Numbered from the stretch's first letter, positions 27,459 through 37,877 are shown. The stretch is 64,000 nucleotides of DNA from an uncultured Gammaproteobacteria bacterium (GCA_964592105.1 CAZQBL010000025.1:58-64057); one strand, 5' to 3'. The notes: a model not told the origin generated them from the sequence alone. Program-made: numbers and translations.

Positions 27459-29030
27459 CTATAAAACGCGATAAACAGTGGCCTCACCGTCAGCGTAAAC
27501 CTCCTGAAAACCCTGACTATTTCTAATATTATTATTCAAACCCGTGTGGTTTTTTTCCACGAAAACAAAAGACGACTTAAATGTATTTTTTATGTCCTCA
27601 TGAAGGTTGTCGGTCTGCTGGCCAGTAGTTATATCCACAATCTTCTGATGCAATTCATGGCTTAATTCGTAGGAAAAGGTAGGGTCCAGGCCAAAGATGT
27701 AATAATCTTTGGAGTTGAAATAAAACAGCATCGGAAATTCATCCCAGCTGGAGTGAAAAACAATATCTCCGGGCCGAGAATTTTCATAGAGCCAAGCAGA
27801 TGCTGCAGAAAAACGGGTGATAGGAATACCGTTTTTCAAATCATTGTAAACCCCTCTTTCGTCTTTGCCGATAAGGGCGGGCACGGTTACCAAAAAGTAA
27901 ACAATTAAAATTGTGCTGACAATCCTGTGACGCAGATAAAATAAATAGAATTTTGACCACAGCTCTGACCAATTAGTCTTTTCCAAATAATGATTCAACC
28001 CCAAGGCACAAAAAATAATGGCAAAAGGCACGTAATACTCAACATATCTTTTTGACTTCAGGGTAAAAACCAGAAAAAAAACGAAAATAATCAGCGAGGT
28101 TATCGTTTTTTTGGAAAGCCGCGGCGTGCGGACAACGAACAAATAAAATAGAATCAACAGCAGGATACAGATGATGGCCGTGCCACCAAAAAGATCTTTT
28201 AAGGGATAGGGATACCATTCGTTGCCAACAGCAATGACACTTTGATAATTTATGATGCCGATCTTCACCAATTGATGCCAATAAAAAATTATATTTTGCG
28301 GAAATTGTGGATTGACTATGAGTCCGGCCACAACGCCCGCTAGCGACCACAAAAAAAGCCTGACCTCGCTGTTTTTAGTCAGTAACTGAAAAAAATTACT
28401 CCGGCGGTTTTTCACCATTTCATAAACCAAACTCACTAGGGCATAAATCCCGGAAAAAACTAAAATTAAAATAAAACCTCCATAGGCCCAAACGTAAAAA
28501 AATGACAAAATCATAAGCGCAATCCGGCGACGCCTGAACATGAATATCAGCCCCCCTAGCAAAAAAATTATGGACAAAACCGGGGCTTTAACCAGGTTTA
28601 TCCTAAAAATAAAAGGCGTGGTGGCTAAAAGTACCAGCGCGTAGGCGAAAGAAAGCTTCACTTTTTCGCTGCGCAAAAACCAGTAAAAAAGCATGACCAG
28701 GCCCGTACACAAAAAAACTGTGACCAATTTTGCTCCCGGAATTGGGCTCGTGCTATAGACAAACGGAATTAATAATACGTGATAAAGAAAATGCTGGTCA
28801 ATATAACTGTCCCGTAAAATCGTACTTTGTAACCAGGGAAACGTTTTGATAATCCCCTCCTGAGGTATAAGCATGGCCATTTTTATATGATAAAAAGAAT
28901 CCGGATCCGCAAAAGATGGTACGGCCTGAAAATAAGTAAAACAAGCAAAAGAAATCGTCAACAACAACAAGCATAGTAACATTTCTGACTTTTTCCGAAA
29001 GAAAACAAGCATGGAACTGAATAATTTCAT
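27459..29030 (-). CDS. large polytopic membrane protein, putative GT-C glycosyltransferase
   Basis: ~13 TM helices; first-loop acidic motif FADPDSFYH, as GT-C enzymes carry DxD/DE motifs in extracytoplasmic loop 1. Confidence 0.4.
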   Translation of the reverse strand: MKLFSSMLVFFRKKSEMLLCLLLLTISFACFTYFQAVPSFADPDSFYHIKMAMLIPQEGIIKTFPWLQSTILRDSYIDQHFLYHVLLIPFVYSTSPIPGAKLVTVFLCTGLVMLFYWFLRSEKVKLSFAYALVLLATTPFIFRINLVKAPVLSIIFLLGGLIFMFRRRRIALMILSFFYVWAYGGFILILVFSGIYALVSLVYEMVKNRRSNFFQLLTKNSEVRLFLWSLAGVVAGLIVNPQFPQNIIFYWHQLVKIGIINYQSVIAVGNEWYPYPLKDLFGGTAIICILLLILFYLFVVRTPRLSKKTITSLIIFVFFLVFTLKSKRYVEYYVPFAIIFCALGLNHYLEKTNWSELWSKFYLFYLRHRIVSTILIVYFLVTVPALIGKDERGVYNDLKNGIPITRFSAASAWLYENSRPGDIVFHSSWDEFPMLFYFNSKDYYIFGLDPTFSYELSHELHQKIVDITTGQQTDNLHEDIKNTFKSSFVFVEKNHTGLNNNIRNSQGFQEVYADGEATVYRVL

Positions 29031-29069
29031 GACTATATTATATCAGGAATGAGGCATTTGTCATTTTTA

Positions 29070-29120
29070 AAAAAGCCTCCGCCAAGCATGGGGGCGGAAA
29101 CTTTTTTTATTAATTTCAAT
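29070..29120. terminator. bidirectional intrinsic terminator-like hairpin downstream of the PGI/PMI gene
   Basis: AAAAAAGCCTCCGCC-aagcatg-GGGGCGGAAAC-TTTTTTT: GC stem flanked by an A-run and a T-run. Confidence 0.5.
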
Positions 29121-29165
29121 GACACTTCTGAAAACTTATTCGGCCTAACAATTTTTTATAAATTG

Positions 29166-30245
29166 CTATTTTTTTCCTTTTTCCAGTTGCTTCTTAAAGA
29201 AATCAACAAAAGGAATAGGCGAGGGGTCACGACCATTGAGCATAGCCAGATAGAAATTAACATAGCTACCATAAAGCAACGCATCCATCGTCTGGCTAAG
29301 TGTCGAGTCACTGGTAACTAAATAGCTGTCGTGCTTAATCCCATTTTTGTCCAAAACAGTCTTAGTTATAGAAAATCTTTTTCGGATGGGTGGCAGGTAG
29401 TTTTTTGATTCCAGGAACAAAAATGACAGCAAACGACGGTTGTCGCGCGGGTAAATTAAACCTTCCATCAAATGATGATTTAGTTCGGAAATCAGAAAAT
29501 ACGCAGAAAAAGTCTTACTGTTTTCATTTATTTGATTGGCAAAAATATGAGCGTTGCCAGCCAAATGCTCCGCCGCCACGATAATCGGTAAACGTCCCAA
29601 CAACTTCTGGGCCGCCAACTTAGCTGGGTTTTTAGTCTGTTTTGTTTTTAGGCCAAAAACCCGATGCAGTTTAATGATGGTTGAAATCGCCTGGTCAATC
29701 TCCGTTTTGGTAACCGAAACAAAGCCACTACGGACCAAAAGCCCAATCTGACCAATAACCGAGTAGCCAAGACCCATACGCGGCTGGTTACAAGGATTAA
29801 AGCTGGGCGTAAAAATATAAGCTGGCAGACGATAACGCCTGGCCAGGATTGCTAATTTTCCTCCGGCGCAAATAATCAACAATTTGGCCTTTTTCCGGCG
29901 CGCAGCATTAAAAGTGGACAGCACTTCTTCGGTCGTGCCTGAATAACTGGAAAGTATGCAAAGAGTCCGACCGTCGACGAAAGCCGGCAGAGTATAACTA
30001 TTTATTATTTTCAATGGCACTTTGAGTTTTTTGGAATAAACCGATTCGATCAAATGGCCACCTAAAGCCGAGCCGCCCATACCATTAATAAGAATATTAT
30101 TGCAGCGGCGGTAGCTGGAAGGGATGGCCACTTTCTGTGATTCATCCCAAGCTTGTTGGCACTGCAAAGCCAAAGATTCTATTGACCTCAACATTCCTTG
30201 CTTGTCAATTTTTAATATCTTTTTTTGATCGTCCAGTAATCTCAT
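29166..30245 (-). CDS. bifunctional phosphoglucose/phosphomannose isomerase (SIS-domain, archaeal-type PGI/PMI)
   Basis: INGMGGSALGG, SYSGTTEE, two SIS-like halves, length ~360 aa. Confidence 0.6.
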   Translation of the reverse strand: MRLLDDQKKILKIDKQGMLRSIESLALQCQQAWDESQKVAIPSSYRRCNNILINGMGGSALGGHLIESVYSKKLKVPLKIINSYTLPAFVDGRTLCILSSYSGTTEEVLSTFNAARRKKAKLLIICAGGKLAILARRYRLPAYIFTPSFNPCNQPRMGLGYSVIGQIGLLVRSGFVSVTKTEIDQAISTIIKLHRVFGLKTKQTKNPAKLAAQKLLGRLPIIVAAEHLAGNAHIFANQINENSKTFSAYFLISELNHHLMEGLIYPRDNRRLLSFLFLESKNYLPPIRKRFSITKTVLDKNGIKHDSYLVTSDSTLSQTMDALLYGSYVNFYLAMLNGRDPSPIPFVDFFKKQLEKGKK

Positions 30246-30378
30246 ATTTTTCCAAAAACTTATTTACATTATATACCAAAATAATAAAAACTACAAATTG
30301 ATTTTATCTCCAAAATATGCTATAGTTTACTATATAAATTGAAAATTTTGGTTATCTTAAACAATTTTCAGTGTTGTT

Positions 30379-31104
30379 ATGTCAGGACATTCGAAGTGGG
30401 CACAGATAAAGAGACAAAAAGCCGTAGCTGATAAGAAAAAGGGGGCAATTTTTACCAAACTCGGTAATGCGATTACCATCGCCGCCAAGCAAGGCGGAGG
30501 CGACCCAGCTATGAATTTTAAGCTTCGCCTTGCCATTGAAAAAGCCAAAGCGGCCAATATGCCCAATGAAAATATTGAGCGGGCGATTTTAAAAGGCGCC
30601 GGCGGCGATAATGATGCCGCCTTCGAGAAGGTAGTCTATGAGGGTTTTGGGCCAGAGGGCAGCGCAATAATAATTGAAGCTCTAACTGACAATAAAAACC
30701 GTACCACCTCAATCGTTCGCAATATTTTCAGCAAATACGGCGGCAACCTCGGTTCCCATGGTAGTGTCAACTATCTTTTTAACAAAAAGGGGGTGGTTAG
30801 AGTATTAAAAAGTGAAGTGCCGTCCTTGGAAAAACTTGAATTGAGCATGATCGATGCCGGCGCTGAAGATATCATTGAGGAAAAGAATGAGCTCACCATC
30901 TTGACCAACCCGGAAAAATTATCGGCCATCAAAAACTCTTTAGAAAAATCAGGGATAAAAACAGAGTCAGCGGATATTGAGATGGTGCCCAGTTCAAAAA
31001 TTAGTCTGCCCGACCAAGCGGCCAATGATAAATTATTAAAATTACTCAAAGAGCTGGAAAACTGTGAAGACATAAACAATTATTTCACCAATGTCGAATT
31101 CTAA
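30379..31104 (+). CDS. yebC: YebC/PmpR-family DNA-binding transcriptional regulator
   Basis: MSGHSKWAQIKRQKAVADKKKGAIFTKL is the canonical YebC N-terminus. Confidence 0.9.
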   Translation: MSGHSKWAQIKRQKAVADKKKGAIFTKLGNAITIAAKQGGGDPAMNFKLRLAIEKAKAANMPNENIERAILKGAGGDNDAAFEKVVYEGFGPEGSAIIIEALTDNKNRTTSIVRNIFSKYGGNLGSHGSVNYLFNKKGVVRVLKSEVPSLEKLELSMIDAGAEDIIEEKNELTILTNPEKLSAIKNSLEKSGIKTESADIEMVPSSKISLPDQAANDKLLKLLKELENCEDINNYFTNVEF

Positions 31105-31579
31105 TAAAAAGAAAATAATTCTTGGCATTGATCCTGGCCTGGCCATCACCGGCTACGGATTAATCAGCATTGAAAAAAGAAAGGCCAAGCTGATTGGTTA
31201 CGGCGCCATCACTTCCAGTGCCAGAGAAAAATTCGGAGCAAGACTTCAACATCTTTACCAAGAGCTGACAAAAATAGTAAAAAAATTCCATCCTGACGAG
31301 GTGGCTATTGAAGAACTGTTCTTCGCCAATAATGCCAAGACCGCTCTCAAAGTCGGTCAAGCCCGAGGCGTAGCTTACTTAGTCGCCTGGCAAAGTAAAT
31401 CCATTGTCAGAGAATTTACGCCGCTCCAGGTCAAGCAAGCCATCACCGGTTACGGACTGGCTCCCAAACAACAGATGCAAAAGATGGTCAAATTGCTTCT
31501 CGCACTGAAAACCATACCCCAGCCGGACGATATAGCCGACGCTTTGGCCATCGCTCTCTGCTCAGCCCAAACTAACTAA
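31091..31579 (+). CDS. ruvC: crossover junction endodeoxyribonuclease RuvC
   Basis: ILGIDPGLAITGYGLI, EELFFANNAKTALKVGQARGV; conserved yebC-ruvC synteny. Confidence 0.9.
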   Translation: MSNSNKKKIILGIDPGLAITGYGLISIEKRKAKLIGYGAITSSAREKFGARLQHLYQELTKIVKKFHPDEVAIEELFFANNAKTALKVGQARGVAYLVAWQSKSIVREFTPLQVKQAITGYGLAPKQQMQKMVKLLLALKTIPQPDDIADALAIALCSAQTN

Positions 31580-31595
31580 AAATATTTTATAATTT

Positions 31596-32684
31596 ATGCC
31601 TGCCTCGCCCAGAATTCAAAAATTGATCAACGTTTCCAAGGAGGTCATCTGCGACTGCGCCTTGGAAAACGGAGCCATCGTAGCCGCCAATACCGACAAA
31701 CCATACTCGCCCAAAGAGGCTGGAGACTATCGGTTAGTCTGGATTAGAGATGCATCTTTTTGTTGCGTCGCCGCCGAACTGCTTAATTTACCTATTCAGG
31801 AGCCGTTTTTTCGATGGGTAGATGAACGCCCAGAGGATTTTGAGCGCGATAAACTGCTCTACTCAAATTACTCGACCAACGGCCGCATTGCGACCATGGG
31901 TAAGCAATTTCAAGCAGACCAGACCGGGACCCTACTCTGGGCAATTTTTATGCATTATAAAAAAAATTTAAAAGAGGCTCTCAAATTCAAAAATCTTATC
32001 GAACGCCTAGCCGATGGTCTCTGTGCCCACTGGGATGAAGATCATTTTTCCATCTCCACTACGGATCTATGGGAAGTGACAGAGCGACGAACATCGACCC
32101 GATTGAAAAATAACTTTACCTATTCGCTGGCTGCCTGCGCCCGCGGCTTGATTTGCGCTAATGACATGGTTTCTAATCATCTATGGAAAGAAACGGCTAT
32201 GCAGATGATTAAAAAAATAAACGATGCTTACGACAAAAACAAAAAATATTTTCTGCGAAATCAGGGCCGGATCGCCGATTTTAATGTGGACGCATCGTTG
32301 CTAGGGCTGGTTTACCCTTTTGAAATTTGCGAACCACTAGATGAACGAATCGCGAATACAGTCAAGATGATGGAAAAAACAATCGTCGAGAACGGCGGCG
32401 TTCACCGGTTTCAGTTCGATTATTTTGACAGCGAGGGCTCAGCTCAAGAAGGCGGGGGCGCCTGGCCAGTCTTGAACTGCTGGATGGCAATTTACTGGTC
32501 CTTGGCCGGAAACAAGACAAAAGCTCTGAAATACTTCGATTGGGTGGTCGAGCGCGCTCCGAAATTTAATTTTTTCCTGCCCGAACAATACTTTGCCGAC
32601 GATATACGCATCGGTATTTATCCACTTGCCTGGAGTCATGCCATGTTCATCATGGCTTGCCACTACCTCGGCTATTTAACCTAA
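31596..32684 (+). CDS. glycoside hydrolase family 15-like protein (glucoamylase/glucodextranase catalytic (alpha/alpha)6 domain)
   Basis: YRLVWIRDASF matches the GH15 Y.Y.W.RD motif; C-terminal W-rich helices (WPVLNCWMAIYW). Confidence 0.55.
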   Translation: MPASPRIQKLINVSKEVICDCALENGAIVAANTDKPYSPKEAGDYRLVWIRDASFCCVAAELLNLPIQEPFFRWVDERPEDFERDKLLYSNYSTNGRIATMGKQFQADQTGTLLWAIFMHYKKNLKEALKFKNLIERLADGLCAHWDEDHFSISTTDLWEVTERRTSTRLKNNFTYSLAACARGLICANDMVSNHLWKETAMQMIKKINDAYDKNKKYFLRNQGRIADFNVDASLLGLVYPFEICEPLDERIANTVKMMEKTIVENGGVHRFQFDYFDSEGSAQEGGGAWPVLNCWMAIYWSLAGNKTKALKYFDWVVERAPKFNFFLPEQYFADDIRIGIYPLAWSHAMFIMACHYLGYLT

Positions 32685-32688
32685 TCGT

Positions 32689-34152
32689 ATGCCACGAATA
32701 CTACGGATAGCCAGTATTTCATCCGAAGTCGCTCCCTATTCAAAAACTGGCGGCTTGGCTGACGTAGCTAAAGCTTTACCCAAAACTCTCTCCTCACGAG
32801 GACACGAAATAATCATTCTGACGCCGTTTTACAGTTTTATAAAAAAACAGGAGTTCAAATTCGAAAATGTAGTCACCACTTCTCAACTGGCCGTAACAGT
32901 GGGCAAAAGAGAGTTCCCTCTCTATTTTAAGCAGCTTGTCATCTCGACCAATTTAAAAGTTTACTTCGTCGGCAATGAGGAGTGTTTCGGCCGTCACTCC
33001 AAAATCTACGGCTACCCCGATGACAACCTGAGATTTATGGTATTTGATCTAGCCTGTCTCTCCTTCCTAGAATATCTCCAATTCAAACCAAACATAATCC
33101 ACTGCCATGACTGGCAAACCGGCTTAATACCCAATTTTCTTGCTTATCACCGCAACGCCTATCCCTCCTTGAATAAATCCGCCACGGTCTTTACTATCCA
33201 CAATCTAGCTCATCAATTGGGGACGGATTGGTGGATGATACCTAAAGATAAACGCGACAATGGCAAGGAACTGCCGCCGGTCGAAGACAATAAAATAAAT
33301 AATATAAATTTTACCAAAAGAGCAATTCTTCATTCGGATATTATAAATACAGTCAGTGAGCGCTATGCCCAAGAGATTACTACCCCAGAATACGGCCAAG
33401 AACTGGATAAATACCTTAAACACCGTCAGGACGACGTTTTTGGAATCATCAACGGCATTGATTATACCGTGAATAATCCGTCGTTTGATGTCAATATAAA
33501 ATACCGCTATGACTGGAACTCATTAAGACGGAAGAAAAAAAATAAATTGGAGCTGCAGAAAGAACTCGGACTGGAACAGAGCGAGGATATTCCGCTCATC
33601 GGTGTGGTCAACCGTTTAAGCGAACAAAAAGGCTTTAACCTTATCATGGAACTGATAGATGTTCTGATGCGGCTCCGTCTACAGATTGTCGTAGTCGGCA
33701 GCGGCAACAAAGATTATGTCAAATTCTTCAAAAAAACCGCCAAGAAACATCCCAAGAAAATCAGCATCTATACTCCTTTTAATGAACGAATGGAATCCTT
33801 GGTCTATGCCGGTTCAGACATGTTCTTAATGCCTTCGCGCTTCGAGCCCTGCGGCATTTCCCAATTAAAAAGCCTGCGTTACGGTTCTATCCCCATTGTT
33901 CACGAGACCGGCGGTCTTTCCGACACCATCACTGACTTCAATCCCAAAACTAGAAAAGGCAACGGCTTTGTCTTTAAAAAATTTACCCGAGAAGATTTTC
34001 TGATAGCGCTGTCACGCGCTCTGGAAACATATAAATACCCTCAGGTCTGGGAATTTCTAACCTGGAACAGCATGCGACAATCATATTCCTGGGAACTCCC
34101 GGCTAAAAAATATTTAAAACTATACGGCCTAGCCCTAAAGAAAAAACACTAA
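32689..34152 (+). CDS. glgA: glycogen (starch) synthase, GT5
   Basis: KTGGLADVAKALPKTL and C-terminal E..GISQL...YGSIPIVHETGGLSDT. Confidence 0.85.
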   Translation: MPRILRIASISSEVAPYSKTGGLADVAKALPKTLSSRGHEIIILTPFYSFIKKQEFKFENVVTTSQLAVTVGKREFPLYFKQLVISTNLKVYFVGNEECFGRHSKIYGYPDDNLRFMVFDLACLSFLEYLQFKPNIIHCHDWQTGLIPNFLAYHRNAYPSLNKSATVFTIHNLAHQLGTDWWMIPKDKRDNGKELPPVEDNKINNINFTKRAILHSDIINTVSERYAQEITTPEYGQELDKYLKHRQDDVFGIINGIDYTVNNPSFDVNIKYRYDWNSLRRKKKNKLELQKELGLEQSEDIPLIGVVNRLSEQKGFNLIMELIDVLMRLRLQIVVVGSGNKDYVKFFKKTAKKHPKKISIYTPFNERMESLVYAGSDMFLMPSRFEPCGISQLKSLRYGSIPIVHETGGLSDTITDFNPKTRKGNGFVFKKFTREDFLIALSRALETYKYPQVWEFLTWNSMRQSYSWELPAKKYLKLYGLALKKKH

Positions 34153-34156
34153 AAAA

Positions 34157-35377
34157 ATGATCTGGGCAAACTTCTTCCATATTTACCAGCCACCGCGCTG
34201 GCCAAAAACAATCATCGCCAAAGTAGCTCGACAAAGTTACCGGCCGTTTCTAAAAATTCTTGACCGTCACCCGGGTTTAAAAATTACCCTTAATATCTCC
34301 GGCTCACTCACTGAACAGCTGGCCAAAAATGGCTTTCTTGAAATCATAAAAAACATAAAAGCACTGGCCCATAAAAGGCAGATTGAACTTGTGGGCACTG
34401 CCTTATATCATCCGATATTACCACTCCTTCCAGCAAGTGAGATCATTAGACAGATTGAACGGAACACCCAGCTTAATAAAAAATTTTTCGGCCATCACTA
34501 CCAACCGCGTGGATTTTTTCCGCCAGAGATGTGCTACAGCAAGAAAGTGGGGGAAATCTTAGAAAAAATGAAATTTCAGTGGCTAATCCTTGACGAAATT
34601 TCCGCCAATGGTAAATTAGGAGAAATAAAATACGACCGCGCTTACCTAACCTCCAAAACGGGGCTGCAAATAGTCTTCCGCAACAGAATCATCAGCGATT
34701 ATCTTTCTTTTCATAGTGATCTCCGACGACCAAATAACTTTTGGTCGGCAGTCCGGCGCGATGGTCGCAGCAATAAAATATTAATTACCGCCATGGACGG
34801 TGAAAATCTCGGCCATCATCGTCCCGGACTTGACCGGCTGTGGGAAAAATTGGTAACGCACACGACGGTTCAGACCATGACCATCAGCGGATTACTGGCC
34901 CATTATCAAAAAGAAAAAATAATTCAACCAAGAGACGCCAGTTGGTCGTCGCGAGAGATTGAATTGCGCAAAAATAATCCATACGGCCTCTGGCACGATC
35001 CGACCAATCCTATTCACCACTGGCAATGGCAGCTGATTAACAAAGTAATTAAGCACCTCAATGCCAGCAAAAAGGGGAAACAGCACCATCGGGCCCGACG
35101 ACTGCTTGACCAACAACTGGCTTCGGATCAATTCTGGTGGGCTTCGGCCAAACCTTGGTGGAGTCTTGACATAATCGAAAAGAAAACCAACGAATTGGTG
35201 CACACTGCTTGCCTGGTTAATGGCGACCGCTCAATAAAGAAAATCGGAGAAAAAATCATTAAACTGGCCAGGGCCTGGCAGCGTGAACAAAAATTCCAGA
35301 CCATCGCTCGAAATTATCTGGCCGCGGAAGAACGTGATAATGTCCGCTTCATTGGAGGAAAAAAAATTAGTATTTGA
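34157..35377 (+). CDS. glycoside hydrolase family 57 protein (alpha-glucan branching/amylase-like), paralog 1
   Basis: GH57 blocks FHIYQPP (HxHxP-like), ELVGTALYHPILPLL, GFFPPEMCY (nucleophile Glu), AMDGENLGHH (acid/base Asp) align with Thermus GH57 branching enzyme. Confidence 0.6.
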   Translation: MIWANFFHIYQPPRWPKTIIAKVARQSYRPFLKILDRHPGLKITLNISGSLTEQLAKNGFLEIIKNIKALAHKRQIELVGTALYHPILPLLPASEIIRQIERNTQLNKKFFGHHYQPRGFFPPEMCYSKKVGEILEKMKFQWLILDEISANGKLGEIKYDRAYLTSKTGLQIVFRNRIISDYLSFHSDLRRPNNFWSAVRRDGRSNKILITAMDGENLGHHRPGLDRLWEKLVTHTTVQTMTISGLLAHYQKEKIIQPRDASWSSREIELRKNNPYGLWHDPTNPIHHWQWQLINKVIKHLNASKKGKQHHRARRLLDQQLASDQFWWASAKPWWSLDIIEKKTNELVHTACLVNGDRSIKKIGEKIIKLARAWQREQKFQTIARNYLAAEERDNVRFIGGKKISI

Positions 35378-35499
35378 TAAACCGCCACTAATTTATCATC
35401 ACTAATCTCACTAATACTTTATATCAACTAATGTAACTAGAATAATAAAATTAGTGAAATTCGTGAATTAAAATTCGTGGCCATAACACAAATAAAACT
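35378..35499. repeat. intergenic short direct repeats (CACTAAT x3; AATTCGTG x2) between the tandem GH57 genes
   Basis: Seen directly: ccactaatttatcatcactaatctcactaatac ... gaaattcgtgaattaaaattcgtggcc. Confidence 0.5.
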
Positions 35500-36882
35500 A
35501 TGATTTGGGCAAATTTCCTACACATTTATCAACCACCGACACAAAAAGAATTCTGGGTAAAAAAAATAGCCAACGAATGCTACCGCAAACTCACCAAGGG
35601 ACTAAAAGAAAATCCGCAGGCAAAAATAACCATGAACATCAACGCCGTATTGACCGAGTTGTTTGAAAAATGCGGCTGTCAGGATATCATTGCTGATATT
35701 AAATTTCTGGCCGAACGCGGACAGGTAGAGTTAACGGCCAGCGCCAAATACCACCCCTTTTTGCCGATGATGCCAAAAAATGAAATTATCAGACAAATAA
35801 AATTAAACACGGAAACCAACCAAAGGTTCTTTGGTAAAAAAGCCTATAATCCGCAAGGGTTTTTCCCGCCAGAAATGGCTTATAATCGCAAAGTTGGCGA
35901 AACCATAGCCCAACAGGGATATAAATGGTTGATTCTAGACGAACTAGCCTATTCAGGAAAAATGAAAGACATTGACTGGTCGCAAATATACACACTTAAG
36001 GGTATTGATAATTTTTTCATTTTCTTCAGGGAAAGGGAGGCCAGCTTCCGTATTCTCTCTGCAGAAATTGGCATGAGCGTATTTTCCGGAAGCATGCTAA
36101 TTAAATTGTTGGGTGATCGCATTAATAAAAATGAATATCTGATTACTGCTATGGATGGCGAAACATTCGGCCACCATCGGCCAGGGCTTGAGGATCTTTT
36201 ATTTGATATGTATAAGACAAAAGAATTAAAAGCTGTAACTATCTCGGAACTACCCGGGCTCTTCACTAAGAGGGTAGCCGTAGACCCTCGTCCTTCTTCC
36301 TGGGCGCTAATGAAAAAAGACATTGAGCGCAACACGCCATTCTCGCGCTGGAACGACAAAAATAATATTATTCAAAAAATGCAGTGGCGACTAACCAACC
36401 TAGCGCTTAAAACCATAAAATCAACAAAATCGAATACAAAAACATATACTAAAATCCGGCACGATCTTGACCGAGCCGTTCATTCTGACCAATACTGGTG
36501 GGCTTCGGCCATGCCCTGGTGGAGCATTGAAATGATTGAAGCTGGCGCAAAAGATTTATGCAATGTGGTACTTGAGTCCCCCGTGCCAAAAAAAGACAAG
36601 GAGCTGGCGAAAAAATTGTATCAAAAAATCCTTTATACGGCTTTTGATTGGCAACGTTCAGGTAAAGTGGATGCCATGGCCAAATCTGCCGACGAAGATG
36701 TGACCCAGCGTATCACTACCGAAATGCCCTATATCCCCGAGGAAGAATTCAATAAAATTGTAGGGAACCTAGAAAAACAGATGTTCGAGGCAGCCCAAGC
36801 CCAAGAATACGAACGCGCTGCCCAGATCCGCAATCGCGTCAACGAGCTGAAAGAAAAAAAAGATCAAATAACCAGAAAATGA
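35500..36882 (+). CDS. glycoside hydrolase family 57 protein, paralog 2, with C-terminal UVR (UvrB/UvrC-like) motif
   Basis: Same GH57 blocks (FLHIYQPP, ELTASAKYHPFLPMMP, GFFPPEMAY, AMDGETFGHH). C-terminus EEEFNKIVGNLEKQMFEAAQAQEYERAAQIRNRVNELK matches the UVR domain pattern. Confidence 0.6.
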   Translation: MIWANFLHIYQPPTQKEFWVKKIANECYRKLTKGLKENPQAKITMNINAVLTELFEKCGCQDIIADIKFLAERGQVELTASAKYHPFLPMMPKNEIIRQIKLNTETNQRFFGKKAYNPQGFFPPEMAYNRKVGETIAQQGYKWLILDELAYSGKMKDIDWSQIYTLKGIDNFFIFFREREASFRILSAEIGMSVFSGSMLIKLLGDRINKNEYLITAMDGETFGHHRPGLEDLLFDMYKTKELKAVTISELPGLFTKRVAVDPRPSSWALMKKDIERNTPFSRWNDKNNIIQKMQWRLTNLALKTIKSTKSNTKTYTKIRHDLDRAVHSDQYWWASAMPWWSIEMIEAGAKDLCNVVLESPVPKKDKELAKKLYQKILYTAFDWQRSGKVDAMAKSADEDVTQRITTEMPYIPEEEFNKIVGNLEKQMFEAAQAQEYERAAQIRNRVNELKEKKDQITRK

Positions 36883-37877
36883 AAATGGCCAAAAGAAATA
36901 TCAAAATTGTTCTCAACGAATCATTCATGAAGCGTTTTTTGACTCAAAACATAAAAACTTTTTTCCCGGCTGCCAAAAAAATCTCTTTTTTCTACGGAAA
37001 ATACATGCGCTTTCTTTCGGAAGAAAGTTTCCTGGTGCGTTATGAAATTGATCTACTCCTAAAAAATGGCTTAATTATCACAAAAATCCTGCGTGGCAAT
37101 CGGGTCAAACCAGAGACTTATCCAATTATGAAATTTTTCTTCCAACTATTTCAAAAACGAGGTCGCTACGTTGTCCCTCGGCCGCTCGCCTATTTCAAAG
37201 ACCTGAAGTTTCTCCTCTATGAAGAGTATCGTGGCTGGGTTCTGCGGGAATTCGACCACCAACTGGATGTTCTAATGAAAACCGTACCAAAAATAGCCAG
37301 GCAACTGGCGGAAATCCACAACTACTCGCCGAATCTGGGCCCTACCAGAACTATCCGAGATGAAATAAAATATTTTGACTTATTAAAAACAAAAATTAAT
37401 CAGTTCCTGCCTCAATCAAAGATTAAATTCAATAAGCTTGCCGAGCGTTATCTAATTAAATTGAAGCAAATCGATTCGCTGTCAAAACATGTTTTGAATC
37501 ATGGCGATTTCCAAGGCAGCAATATCATCTATGATCTCCGCACACAAAATATCGGGTTTATTGATTTCGCTTCAGCAGTGCGCACCTCGCCAGCCAACGA
37601 TGTGGCCACTTTTTTAACTCATGCTCGAGCTATGCTTTGTTATCTTTTCCCCAGAAACAAAGTTGACCGGCTGGAAAAACTTTTTCTCAAAAACTATTAC
37701 GCTAAAGTTTCCAAAAAAATAGCGAAAATCGTCCGTCACGACCTGTCCACCTACCAAGGGCGCATCGGTTTGGACATAATCACCACCACGGCCGTCTTTA
37801 CCGAGTACAATAAAAGCCCATATTATCAAACCATTATCAACGAAATGTTTCGCCGGGCTTATCATAATCTGAAATAG
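36879..37877 (+). CDS. phosphotransferase-family kinase (APH/choline-kinase-like fold); maltokinase-like role possible
   Basis: Brenner motif LNHGDFQGSNIIYD plus IDFASA (DFG-like). ATGA-overlaps the preceding GH57 gene. Confidence 0.5.
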   Translation: MKMAKRNIKIVLNESFMKRFLTQNIKTFFPAAKKISFFYGKYMRFLSEESFLVRYEIDLLLKNGLIITKILRGNRVKPETYPIMKFFFQLFQKRGRYVVPRPLAYFKDLKFLLYEEYRGWVLREFDHQLDVLMKTVPKIARQLAEIHNYSPNLGPTRTIRDEIKYFDLLKTKINQFLPQSKIKFNKLAERYLIKLKQIDSLSKHVLNHGDFQGSNIIYDLRTQNIGFIDFASAVRTSPANDVATFLTHARAMLCYLFPRNKVDRLEKLFLKNYYAKVSKKIAKIVRHDLSTYQGRIGLDIITTTAVFTEYNKSPYYQTIINEMFRRAYHNLK

